From: Candidatus Poribacteria bacterium
GTDB taxonomy: Bacteria > Poribacteria > WGA-4E > WGA-3G
DNA length: 64,000 nucleotides
Assembly: GCA_965214095.1 (NCBI GenBank)
Contig: OZ243938.1
Span: 4,000,001-4,064,000, forward strand
Direction of reading: 5' to 3'
Shown here: in pieces, positions 10,250-19,433 of the stretch
Layout of the letters: each line of letters opens with the position of its first letter
How positions within the stretch are numbered: the stretch's first letter is position 1
Translations under genes and position numbers: made by a program
The notes under the pieces: model-generated
The model's database searches: none
Seen by the model: only the letters and a program-made list of their open reading frames with translations
Told to the model about the DNA's origin: nothing

Positions 10250-12166
10250 ATGGATTCTGTTATGAAAACGAAGATTTTTTCAATTCTATTGATCTTGTTG
10301 ATTTTTTCAACGTTCATCCTACCACCTGCTATTGGCAAAGACTACACAACGTGGGAGTTACCCGAAGGTGCTACAGCACGTCTCGGTAAGAGCACGATTG
10401 AAGAAATTAAATATTCACCAGATGGTACACTACTCGCTGTCGCGGGTGAAATGGGTATTTGGCTCTATGAGGCACAGAGTGGAAAAGAACTACATCTTCT
10501 TTTAGGTAACACACAATGTCTGAACGGCATATCGTTTAGTCCGGATGGAAAAACCATTACAAGTGTAAGTAGACTCAGCGTGCGTCAGTGGGATGTTGAA
10601 TCAGGTTTGCATTTAGGAGTACTCACAACACATTCTGGCTATAGTATCGCGTATAGTCCTGATGGTAAACTCTTGGCAATTGGGGGTTATGATGGAGGGG
10701 CAAATGATGTCATCTATCTGTTGGATGCCGAATTTGCTGAACGCTTACACGTTTTCAGGAAACATAAAGGAAGAATTACAAGTGTATCATTCAGTCCAGA
10801 CGGTAGCATGCTCGTAAGTGGAGATGAAACTGGTTTCATTCATCTTTGGGATGTGGTCTCTGGTTCACATTTGTGGACATTTAAAAGGAATAAAATCTTC
10901 AGGAGTCATAATTCTGGGATTACCCATATTTCCTTTAGTCCCAATGAAAAGATAATCGCAAGTGCAAGCGAGAATGGTATCATCCGGATATGGAATACTG
11001 AACCCGGTGACCACCTACGTATTCTCAAAGGACATGGAGGTAGAGTAGATAGCATTTCTTTCAGTCCAGATGGAAAAACTATTGTAAGTGGCGGTTGGGA
11101 TCATACTATTCGTTTGTGGGAAGTCGAATCTGGGGAGCACCTAAACACTTTTAAAGGGCATACAAGTCATATTCGAAGTATTTCTTTCAGTCCGGATGGG
11201 AAAACAATCGCGAGCGGGAGTTGGGACCAAACTATCCGTTTGTGGGATGTCAAATCTGGTAGACAACTGATAACTATCACGGGACATACTGGACGTCTTA
11301 GTAATATAACAATAAATCCGGATGGGAAAACAATTGCGGGTGGATATGGAGGTGATGACTGTATTCGCCTGTGGGATATTAAGTCCAATCAACAACTGCA
11401 AGTTCTCAGGGGGCATGAAATTTCTATTGAGAATGTAGCATTCAGTCCAGATGGAAAATTCATCATCAGTGGAAGTCAGGACAAAACTGTTCGTCTCTGG
11501 GATGTTGCTTCTGCTAAACACTTACACACCTTTATCGGACATACGGGTAGAGTGTTCAGTGTAGCCTTCAGTTCGGATGGAAAAACAATCGCAAGTGGGA
11601 GCCATGACAATACTATCCGTTTATGGGATGTTGACTCTAAAACACATTTGTCAACGCTTAGAGGACATTTATCGGATGTTGCTTGTGTCTCATTCAGTCC
11701 GGATGGAAAAACAATCGCAAGTGGGAGCCATGACAATACTATCCGTTTATGGGATGTTGTTACTGGCAAACATCTGCACACTTATAAGGGACATAAAAGG
11801 ACTGTTGAAGGTATTTCATTCAGTCCTGATGGGAAAACATTCGCAAGCGGGAGTTGGGACCAAACCGTCCGCCTATGGGATGTTATGTCAGGAACAAATT
11901 TGCACACATTTAGAGGTCATACCAGTTGGGTTCGCTGTGTCTCATTCAGTCCTGATGGAGAAACAATTGCAAGCGGCGGTTCTGACAGAACTATCCAATT
12001 TTGGGATGTTGCATCTGGTATATCCACGCGTTCCTTCAATGAACATTCATCTATAAAAAGTCTATCATTTACGCCAGATGGCAACACATTAGTTAGTAGC
12101 AGTATCGGCGGCAGTCTTCTTATCTGGAATCTCGCACCTACGAACAGTAATAGTAATTACGATTAA
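10250..12166 (+). CDS. Secreted WD40-repeat protein (about 14 blades)
   Basis: Signal peptide; repeated GH...SFSPDGKTIASGSxDxTIRLWD units; start may be the second Met (10262). Confidence 0.92.
   Translation: MDSVMKTKIFSILLILLIFSTFILPPAIGKDYTTWELPEGATARLGKSTIEEIKYSPDGTLLAVAGEMGIWLYEAQSGKELHLLLGNTQCLNGISFSPDGKTITSVSRLSVRQWDVESGLHLGVLTTHSGYSIAYSPDGKLLAIGGYDGGANDVIYLLDAEFAERLHVFRKHKGRITSVSFSPDGSMLVSGDETGFIHLWDVVSGSHLWTFKRNKIFRSHNSGITHISFSPNEKIIASASENGIIRIWNTEPGDHLRILKGHGGRVDSISFSPDGKTIVSGGWDHTIRLWEVESGEHLNTFKGHTSHIRSISFSPDGKTIASGSWDQTIRLWDVKSGRQLITITGHTGRLSNITINPDGKTIAGGYGGDDCIRLWDIKSNQQLQVLRGHEISIENVAFSPDGKFIISGSQDKTVRLWDVASAKHLHTFIGHTGRVFSVAFSSDGKTIASGSHDNTIRLWDVDSKTHLSTLRGHLSDVACVSFSPDGKTIASGSHDNTIRLWDVVTGKHLHTYKGHKRTVEGISFSPDGKTFASGSWDQTVRLWDVMSGTNLHTFRGHTSWVRCVSFSPDGETIASGGSDRTIQFWDVASGISTRSFNEHSSIKSLSFTPDGNTLVSSSIGGSLLIWNLAPTNSNSNYD
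11574..11759 (+). repeat. 60-bp exact direct repeat between adjacent WD40 units, 126-bp period
   Basis: 11574-11633 is identical to 11700-11759. Confidence 0.9.
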
Positions 12167-12185
12167 AATACTATGTGGATTAAAC

Positions 12186-12214
12186 TTGACACAAACTAAA
12201 AATTAAGGTATTAT
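12186..12214 (+). promoter_or_regulatory. Sigma-70 promoter of leader-hisI-trpE-trpG
   Basis: TTGACA (12186-12191), 17 bp, TATTAT (12209-12214). Confidence 0.75.
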
Positions 12215-12243
12215 AAAACAAAAGAATTGAAAAGGTAAATACA

Positions 12244-12336
12244 ATGGCTTTTGCTATACACTCCTATTTGAATAGAAATGGATATGATTGGCATTGGTGG
12301 CATTCCAATATCAGTGAAGGGGTGTGTGTGCACTAA
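12244..12336 (+). CDS. Attenuator leader peptide MAFAIHSYLNRNGYDWHWWHSNISEGVCVH (30 aa)
   Basis: AAAGGT RBS upstream; TGG CAT TGG TGG CAT at 12289-12303; lies between the promoter and hisI. Confidence 0.85.
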   Translation: MAFAIHSYLNRNGYDWHWWHSNISEGVCVH

Positions 12337-12370
12337 CGATTTTGTTTTATTATTTTAAAGCTATCTGTAG

Positions 12371-12414
12371 ACCTTATGCACACAACCTATGTGGCATAAG
12401 GTTTTTGTTTTTTT
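12371..12414 (+). terminator. Attenuator intrinsic terminator
   Basis: ACCTTATGC...GCATAAGGT stem followed by TTTTGTTTTTTT; its 5' arm overlaps TGCACACA (12377-12384), complementary to leader TGTGTGCA (12325-12332). Confidence 0.85.
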
Positions 12415-12432
12415 AATCTCGAAGGAGAACAC

Positions 12433-12813
12433 ATGAATATACTATCTGAACTGAAATATGATAGGGACGGATTAGTCACCGCAGTAATTCAGGATCGCGA
12501 AAATAATGAAGTCCTGATGGTAGGTTATATGAACGCGGAAGCGATCAAACAAACGTTGTCAACGGGTAGCGTATGCTTCTGGAGTCGTTCCCGCCAAAAG
12601 TTGTGGATTAAGGGGGAGACTTCAGGACATACACAGACTGTCGAATCTATCGCGGTCGATTGTGATGGCGATGCCTTGCTGATAAAGGTTGAGCAGAAGG
12701 TAGCAGCATGTCATACTGGGTACCGTTCCTGCTTCTTTCGGGAAGTCTCCCCCGATGGTGAGTCAACAGAAGTCGTAGGTGAAAAGATATTTGATGCGGA
12801 TGCGGTTTATTAG
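12433..12813 (+). CDS. hisI: Phosphoribosyl-AMP cyclohydrolase
   Basis: [36 protein letters not shown]. Confidence 0.97.
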   Translation: MNILSELKYDRDGLVTAVIQDRENNEVLMVGYMNAEAIKQTLSTGSVCFWSRSRQKLWIKGETSGHTQTVESIAVDCDGDALLIKVEQKVAACHTGYRSCFFREVSPDGESTEVVGEKIFDADAVY

Positions 12814-12888
12814 AAAATAATTTTGCTTATTTTCGTGTCTTAGCATCAGATAGTTGGTTATTTATACCAAAGATAGATAATGAAGGTA

Positions 12889-12993
12889 TTATAGTAGATT
12901 TTGAAATTACTTGAACACTCTGCATCGGCGGGGTTAGGAAACCTCGTCTACCGCGGAACGATAGTGTCAACTTGTATGCTAAATTGACTATAT
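12889..12993 (-). mobile_element. MITE/REP-like element family A, inverted copy of 9153-9257, between hisI and trpE
   Basis: TTATAGTAGATTTTGAAATTACTTGAACACTCTGCATCGGCGGGGTTAGGAAACCTCGTCTAC...GACTATA; same 105-bp length. Confidence 0.8.
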
Positions 12994-13037
12994 TACAATA
13001 TTAGATACAGGCTAAGGATACGAAAAGGAGTTTTGCA

Positions 13038-14540
13038 ATGTATTATCCTACATTGAAGGAATTTAGAGACAAAGCGAAAGAAGGCAACACGATTCCGGTA
13101 TATCGTCCGATTTTGGCAGATATGGAGACACCGGTATCAGCATTCTACAAGTTGATGCCAGACAATTTTGCCTTCTTATTAGAAAGTGTTGAAGGTGGAG
13201 AACAAGTTGCACGCTACTCATTTCTGGGTGGTCAACCGTCAATACTGTTCCATACGAAGGGACATGAGGTGACCATTGAGTATTTGACGAAGGGTGAGAA
13301 GGTGTGCAAGGAATACGATGACCCATTGAAAGCACTTGAAGAGTTGATGCACAATTATCAACCTGTCAAAGTTGATGGACTACCAGAATTCCACGGCGGT
13401 GCTGTTGGGTATATGACTTATGATATGGTGCGGTTCGTGGAAGAATTGCCAGATGATAATGAAGATGAACTACAACTACCCGACTCTTTTTTCATGATTG
13501 CAGAAACATTGCTGATCTTTGATCATGTTAATCATCAGATCAAAGTTGTTGCAAACGCGCATATTGATGGAGATGTTGACGCAGCTTATGCCGATGCAAT
13601 TGGGAAAATAGAGGCATTGGTTGAAAAACTGACAACTGTTTCTGACATATCTGCAGTTGGAAACAGAGAACAGAATACAGAACACCATCCTGATCCGATA
13701 CCTGATCCACAATCTAATTTCACGAAGCCTGACTATGAAGATGTGGTAAGACGCGCCAAAGAATACATCGCTGCGGGGGATATTATTCAAGTCGTGCCTT
13801 CACAGCGGTTCAGTCGTCCTGTATCTGTTGACTCGTTTGATATTTATCGCGCATTGCGAGTGGTGAATCCGTCACCTTATATGTATTATCTTAAGTGTAA
13901 TGGATTTGACATTGTAGGGGCTTCTCCAGAGATGATGGTACGGGTAGAGGATGGTATTGTCCAAACCATGCCAATTGCTGGAACACGTCCGCGTGGGAAG
14001 AATACTGAAGAGGACCAAGCATTAGCGGAGGAACTTCTTTCCGATCCTAAGGAACGGGCAGAACATGTCATGCTTGTGGATTTAGGGAGAAACGACCTTG
14101 GACGTGTATGTGAATACCATTCTGTCAAGGTTACCGATTTGATGATAATTGAAAGGTTTTCCCACGTGATGCACATTGTCTCACATGTTGTTGGAAGGTT
14201 ACGTGAAAATCTATCGGCTTACGATGTTATTCGCGCTTGTCTCCCCGCAGGCACACTCTCTGGTGCACCAAAAATACGTGCAATGGAGATCATTGACGAA
14301 CTGGAATCTACGCGTCGTGGTCCCTATGGTGGTGCAGTAGGCTATTTCAGTTTCTCTGGTAGTGCAGACACAGCGATTACTATACGAACTGCAGTCATCA
14401 AAGATGGGACTGCTTATGTGCAAGCAGGTGGCGGTGTCGTTGCTGATTCAATACCTGAAAATGAATACTATGAAACCGTTAGTAAAGCATGGGCAATGCT
14501 TACTGCTATTGAAATGGCACAACAAGGTCTAATATTATAG
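13038..14540 (+). CDS. trpE: Anthranilate synthase component I
   Basis: [46 protein letters not shown]. Confidence 0.96.
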   Translation: MYYPTLKEFRDKAKEGNTIPVYRPILADMETPVSAFYKLMPDNFAFLLESVEGGEQVARYSFLGGQPSILFHTKGHEVTIEYLTKGEKVCKEYDDPLKALEELMHNYQPVKVDGLPEFHGGAVGYMTYDMVRFVEELPDDNEDELQLPDSFFMIAETLLIFDHVNHQIKVVANAHIDGDVDAAYADAIGKIEALVEKLTTVSDISAVGNREQNTEHHPDPIPDPQSNFTKPDYEDVVRRAKEYIAAGDIIQVVPSQRFSRPVSVDSFDIYRALRVVNPSPYMYYLKCNGFDIVGASPEMMVRVEDGIVQTMPIAGTRPRGKNTEEDQALAEELLSDPKERAEHVMLVDLGRNDLGRVCEYHSVKVTDLMIIERFSHVMHIVSHVVGRLRENLSAYDVIRACLPAGTLSGAPKIRAMEIIDELESTRRGPYGGAVGYFSFSGSADTAITIRTAVIKDGTAYVQAGGGVVADSIPENEYYETVSKAWAMLTAIEMAQQGLIL

Positions 14541-14550
14541 GAGAGAAAAG

Positions 14551-15114
14551 ATGGTATTGATGATTGACAATTACGACTCTTTTACCTACAATCTTGTACA
14601 ATACCTCGGTGAACTCGGTGCGGATTTAGAGGTACATCGCAGTCGGAAAATAGGCATAGATGAATTAGACGTATTGGAACCTGAACGGGTTGTGATTTCA
14701 CCCGGACCTTGCACACCACGAGAAGCGGGAATTTCAAACGATGTGATAAAACACTATGCTGGGAAGGTGCCGATATTAGGAGTGTGTCTTGGACATCAGT
14801 GTATCGGTGATGTGTTTGGTGGTGAAGTGGTGCGTGCTGATAGGTTGATGCATGGTAAGACCTCAATGATAATGCATAATGATAGAGAGCTATTTGAGGG
14901 ATTGGATAATCCGTTTGAAGCGACACGTTACCACTCGTTGATTGTTAAGAAAGACACGTTACCGGATTGTTTGGAAATCACTGCATGGACGGATGCGGAT
15001 GAAATTATGGGGATTCGCCATAAAACTTTGCCGATTTGGGGTGTTCAGTTTCATCCTGAATCAATTCTGACAACAGCCGGAAAGAGTCTATTAGGGAACT
15101 TTTTGGCACTATAA
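14551..15114 (+). CDS. trpG: Anthranilate synthase component II (glutamine amidotransferase)
   Basis: [24 protein letters not shown]; follows trpE. Confidence 0.93.
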   Translation: MVLMIDNYDSFTYNLVQYLGELGADLEVHRSRKIGIDELDVLEPERVVISPGPCTPREAGISNDVIKHYAGKVPILGVCLGHQCIGDVFGGEVVRADRLMHGKTSMIMHNDRELFEGLDNPFEATRYHSLIVKKDTLPDCLEITAWTDADEIMGIRHKTLPIWGVQFHPESILTTAGKSLLGNFLAL

Positions 15115-15140
15115 ATAGGAATTGGAAACAAATAACAGAT

Positions 15141-15911
15141 ATGACAAATTCAAAAGAAAACAAAGTGCCTACACCTGTTCTCGTTTCTTGGTCTTCAGGA
15201 AAAGATTCGGCTTGGGCATTACATACATTACGTCAACAACCTGAAAAATACGATGTGCGTGGTATCTTTACCACTGTTACAAAGACCTTTGACCGTGTTT
15301 CTATCCATTCTACACCTGCGTGGGTTTTGAAACAACAGGCTGAGAAACTCGATGTGCCGTTGTATGAGATACCGATTCCGTATCCTTGTTCAAATGAGAT
15401 ATATGAAGCAGCGATGCGTAAGTTTCTTGCTGAAGTAGAAGCGTTACCTAAGAATTTGACAGCATCTCATTTTGCATTCGGTGATCTTTTTCTTGAAGAT
15501 ATCCGCGCGTATCGTGAGGAAAAACTGCATGGAACAGGTTTCACACCGATATTTCCGGTTTGGGGTGAAGATACGACAATTCTTGCCAATAAGATGATTG
15601 CGTCTGGTTTGCGTGCGATTGTCACTGCTCTCAATCCAACCAAAGTACCTGCTGATTTTGCAGGACGATGGTTTGATGCGGAACTCCTTGCGGAATTACC
15701 TGATGAAGTGGATCCACTCGGTGAGAATGGGGAGTTTCATACTTGTGTTGTTGATGGTCCTATGTTCAGTTCTCCAGTTGCTGCGAAACCCGGTAAAATC
15801 GTGGAGAGGGATATTGTTTCTGCCTCCAAAGACGACGATGACAAAATTCACAGTAGCAACACCTCTCCTCCTACTTATGTGTATGCTGACGTTGTACCTC
15901 TGGATGTTTAG
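15141..15911 (+). CDS. PP-loop ATP pyrophosphatase, MJ0570/diphthine-ammonia ligase-like
   Basis: SWSSGKDS PP-loop, FGDLFLED, DPLGENGEFHT. Confidence 0.88.
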   Translation: MTNSKENKVPTPVLVSWSSGKDSAWALHTLRQQPEKYDVRGIFTTVTKTFDRVSIHSTPAWVLKQQAEKLDVPLYEIPIPYPCSNEIYEAAMRKFLAEVEALPKNLTASHFAFGDLFLEDIRAYREEKLHGTGFTPIFPVWGEDTTILANKMIASGLRAIVTALNPTKVPADFAGRWFDAELLAELPDEVDPLGENGEFHTCVVDGPMFSSPVAAKPGKIVERDIVSASKDDDDKIHSSNTSPPTYVYADVVPLDV

Positions 15912-16004
15912 TCGGGTTAAAACGTAAGCGAAATTAATAATATCACTTTCAACAATCATATCATAACTCTTTTATCATATCACACTCCTATTTGTGCAAA
16001 ATTA

Positions 16005-16038
16005 TGCACCCGATTTGCACCTTCAAGGTGTCACTATA
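16005..16038 (+). promoter_or_regulatory. Putative ECF autoregulatory promoter
   Basis: TGCACCCGATT-N15-TCACTATA; same motif and spacing at 21366-21399. Confidence 0.55.
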
Positions 16039-16058
16039 TGTGAAATCGGAGGTGATCC

Positions 16059-19031
16059 ATGAAAAACAACGACACACAATTAATCCACCGCGCTCTTGAT
16101 GGCGATGATTTTGCCTATGCGGAACTTGTAGAGAAATATCAAAAACAGGTTCACGCGCTTGTGTGGCGGAAAATCGGAGATTTTCATATTGCCGAAGAGA
16201 TTACACAGGATACATTTCTGAAGGCATATCAGAAACTCGGAACACTCAAGAATCCGCATCGTTTTGCAAGTTGGCTCTATGTGATTGCAGCGAACCGATG
16301 CAGCACGTGGTTGCGTAAAAAGAATTCACGTAAGCAACTGTTGGAAGATAAGGATATCACGCAACCTGAAGAAGCGACTTATTCTGAGTATGTGCTTGAG
16401 GAGAACGAACGGATCACCATAGAGACACAACGCGATGTCGTCCAAAAACTCCTTGCAAAGCTTGGGGAAAGTGAACGAACTGTTATGACATTGCATTACT
16501 TCGGAGAGATGTCGTGTGCGGAGATCGGAGCATTTATGGGTGTATCAGCAAATACGGTTAAGAGCCGTCTCCGTCGCGCACAGCAGCGACTACAAAAGGA
16601 GGAAACAATGATAAGAGAGGCTTTAGACAACTTCCAAATATCACCAAATCTGACAGAAAACATTATACGCGAGATTTCACATACAAAACCCACCACGCCG
16701 ACTGGTGGTAAACCTATTGTTCCGTGGGCAATGGCTGTTTCCACTTTAGCAGTGGTGTTGCTGATGATCGGTTTTGGAAACCATCTATCTTTTGGGATTT
16801 TTCAAAAACCGTATAGTCTCGATTCGCCTGCAGAGATGAAGGTTGAGATCGTTGAAGCGTTGATAGTCGCGGACTTGGAGTCCAAACCTGATGTGCAAAC
16901 ACAGAGCACGGGGGCAAACGTTTTTGGTGCGCGAAATAACCTTGAACAGCAACCTAACGATACCACTGTGCTTACTACAGAGACACAAGCAGAGAAAATA
17001 GTTGAAGATTGGACACCTGTGGAAAATTATACACAATGGGAACTGCCAAAAGCTGCGAAAGCACGTTTAGGAAAGGGTGGAATTAGATCAATGCAATTTT
17101 CACCAGATGGTTCTCTACTTGCTCTAGGCAGTAATATCGGTGTGTGGCTATACGATGTCAAAACTGGTCAGGAATTATCCATGTATCCAGGTAATTGTCA
17201 ATCCATTGCCTTTTCACCTGATGGACTTTCCCTTGCAAGTAGTGGTAGAAGTAGTGAAAATGAACTTGTTATTTGGGATGTTTCTACCAGGCCAAAACAA
17301 ATACTGACAGAACCACAACCTGCTGCAGCAGTGTTGCGGTTTGATGATAATAAAACACTCGTCAGCTTGAATAAATCAAGAGACAATATTAACAGATTGG
17401 ACATAAATACTGGCAGAAGTTCCGTAACCCCTATTGGTATTCCTCCTAGTTCCTTTTTATCTGAACCTTATGCACTTTCACATGACAAATTAGCAGTAGG
17501 TAATCAGGATGGAACGATTGATCTGTGGGAAACAACCAGTGGAGAGAGTTATGCCACCTATGGTGAATCAGGTTATAGTAAACATGTTTTCACACTTGCA
17601 TTTTCTCCCGATGGCACGCGACTTGCTAGTGGTGGAGAAGATACATTGGTTCGATTATGGAATATTTTAGGTGATGATGAACCGATTATCCTTCAAAAAC
17701 ATACAGAATGGGTAAACGTTTTAGCATTCTCTCCAGATGGAAAAAAACTTGCCAGCGGGAGTACTGATAGGACAGTTCAATTGTGGGATACTTCAACTGG
17801 TGAACGACTCATGACTTTCACAGGTCACATTAACGGAATCACAGCACTAACATTTGCTCCAAATGGAACAACACTTGCATCAGCAAGTGCGGATGGGACT
17901 GTCAGGTTTTGGAATACAGATAATGGAACTCTTCTACCAACCACTATCACGGGGCATCTGGAATGGGTGCCAACGGTGTCTTTTCTTGGAGATAGCACAA
18001 CACTTGCAAGTGTTGCTTTCAATGGGGTAATAAATTTATGGGATTTGGATACTTCGCTAACAACTATCCAACACATCTCAGGATATCGAGACGGATTGGC
18101 TGCAGTAGCGTTTTCCTCTGATGGAACAAAACTTGCAAACATTGGCATAGAAGGTAAGGCAATCTATGTAACTGGCAATGGTTTTTCAAATGCCAGTAGT
18201 ATACCTGATGATATTATCCGTTTAAAGGATGTAAGAACAGGAAATGAGTTGCAGAATTTGAAAGGTGCGAGAAATTCTGATGCTGTTGTCTTTTCACCTG
18301 ATGGAAACACGGTAGCTTTTGGTGGACACGGGAACATTCGCTTGTGGAATACTGAGACAGATGAGATCACTGAAATTCCTCTCAATAATTACATTGATAA
18401 CAAGGGTGACTCTCACCATGCGAGAGTAACAACTTTGGTATTCTCACCTGATGGAAATGAAATTGTCTGTGGTACAATGGGAGGAAAAGTACATAAGTGG
18501 AATGTCGATACTGGAGAGAGACATATTCGAGATCCGCTCTTTGACACACAAGTACCACTTGCGAAGGAAACACGACGTTTAGTTCGTGCTAAGATAAATC
18601 GTACATCTGATGATAGCGAGCATGATACGAAAAATGTAGAACTGCTTGAAGATGTTGGCATTTCATATAACGAGGCTATATCGACATTAGCATTTTCACC
18701 AGATGGAGGATTGCTTGCTATCGGTAGTACTAGACGCATCCATTTATTGGGCATTGAGAAACAGATCAGTTTCAGGGAACTACTCCGTTCAGCGGAAGTG
18801 TTACGGTTTACACAGGATAACAACATGCTTTTATGTGGACTCATAGATGGTAGAATTGAAGTATGGGAATTGTCTACTGTGGGTATACTGGCAACGCTTG
18901 AGGGACATACTGGGTCTGTGCAGTCTCTGGTATTCTCATCTGATGGAAAAACCCTTGTCAGTACAGGGAAAGATGGTACAATCCTTGTGTGGGATTGGGA
19001 TGAAATGCTTAAAGTATCGGCAGAAGAATAA
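16059..19031 (+). CDS. ECF sigma factor fused to a TM helix and a C-terminal WD40 propeller domain
   Basis: Sigma regions 2/4 (AEEITQDTFLKAY, NTVKSRLRRA), hydrophobic helix PWAMAVSTLAVVLLMIGFG, WD40 repeats to the C-terminus. Confidence 0.92.
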   Translation: MKNNDTQLIHRALDGDDFAYAELVEKYQKQVHALVWRKIGDFHIAEEITQDTFLKAYQKLGTLKNPHRFASWLYVIAANRCSTWLRKKNSRKQLLEDKDITQPEEATYSEYVLEENERITIETQRDVVQKLLAKLGESERTVMTLHYFGEMSCAEIGAFMGVSANTVKSRLRRAQQRLQKEETMIREALDNFQISPNLTENIIREISHTKPTTPTGGKPIVPWAMAVSTLAVVLLMIGFGNHLSFGIFQKPYSLDSPAEMKVEIVEALIVADLESKPDVQTQSTGANVFGARNNLEQQPNDTTVLTTETQAEKIVEDWTPVENYTQWELPKAAKARLGKGGIRSMQFSPDGSLLALGSNIGVWLYDVKTGQELSMYPGNCQSIAFSPDGLSLASSGRSSENELVIWDVSTRPKQILTEPQPAAAVLRFDDNKTLVSLNKSRDNINRLDINTGRSSVTPIGIPPSSFLSEPYALSHDKLAVGNQDGTIDLWETTSGESYATYGESGYSKHVFTLAFSPDGTRLASGGEDTLVRLWNILGDDEPIILQKHTEWVNVLAFSPDGKKLASGSTDRTVQLWDTSTGERLMTFTGHINGITALTFAPNGTTLASASADGTVRFWNTDNGTLLPTTITGHLEWVPTVSFLGDSTTLASVAFNGVINLWDLDTSLTTIQHISGYRDGLAAVAFSSDGTKLANIGIEGKAIYVTGNGFSNASSIPDDIIRLKDVRTGNELQNLKGARNSDAVVFSPDGNTVAFGGHGNIRLWNTETDEITEIPLNNYIDNKGDSHHARVTTLVFSPDGNEIVCGTMGGKVHKWNVDTGERHIRDPLFDTQVPLAKETRRLVRAKINRTSDDSEHDTKNVELLEDVGISYNEAISTLAFSPDGGLLAIGSTRRIHLLGIEKQISFRELLRSAEVLRFTQDNNMLLCGLIDGRIEVWELSTVGILATLEGHTGSVQSLVFSSDGKTLVSTGKDGTILVWDWDEMLKVSAEE

Positions 19032-19433
19032 GTGGCAGTTTAGTCTGTTAGAATCCTATCATTAATTCAGTTGAATATTGTTGTCTCACACATCTACATG
19101 GATGTGTAAGGAAGTAGGCTGGCATACCTCACACTAATTGGAGTTTCAAACCTATTCCACAAGAGAGAATAATTTAACGCGCAGCTTCAAACATGTCTTT
19201 GTCTATCAAAAGTCAGCATTCAGATAATGGATATGTAGTGATGAAGTCGTTTGACATTACAACCAACTTCTCTAATGTCTCCGTGTTGCTTGGGTCGGTT
19301 CTGATTACATGAAAAATTCATAAAAAGTTCCTTCCTTCAGACAAATTGCCAATAGTCTATATTCTTACCGCATTTTGTTGAGGACTCATGGTATAATATA
19401 GGTGAAAAATGCTTTGAAAAGGATAAAGATCTC

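Noticed and set aside
15141-15911. Diphthamide pathway in a bacterium
   Set aside because: MJ0570-like ATPases are widespread in bacteria and no other dph genes are present.
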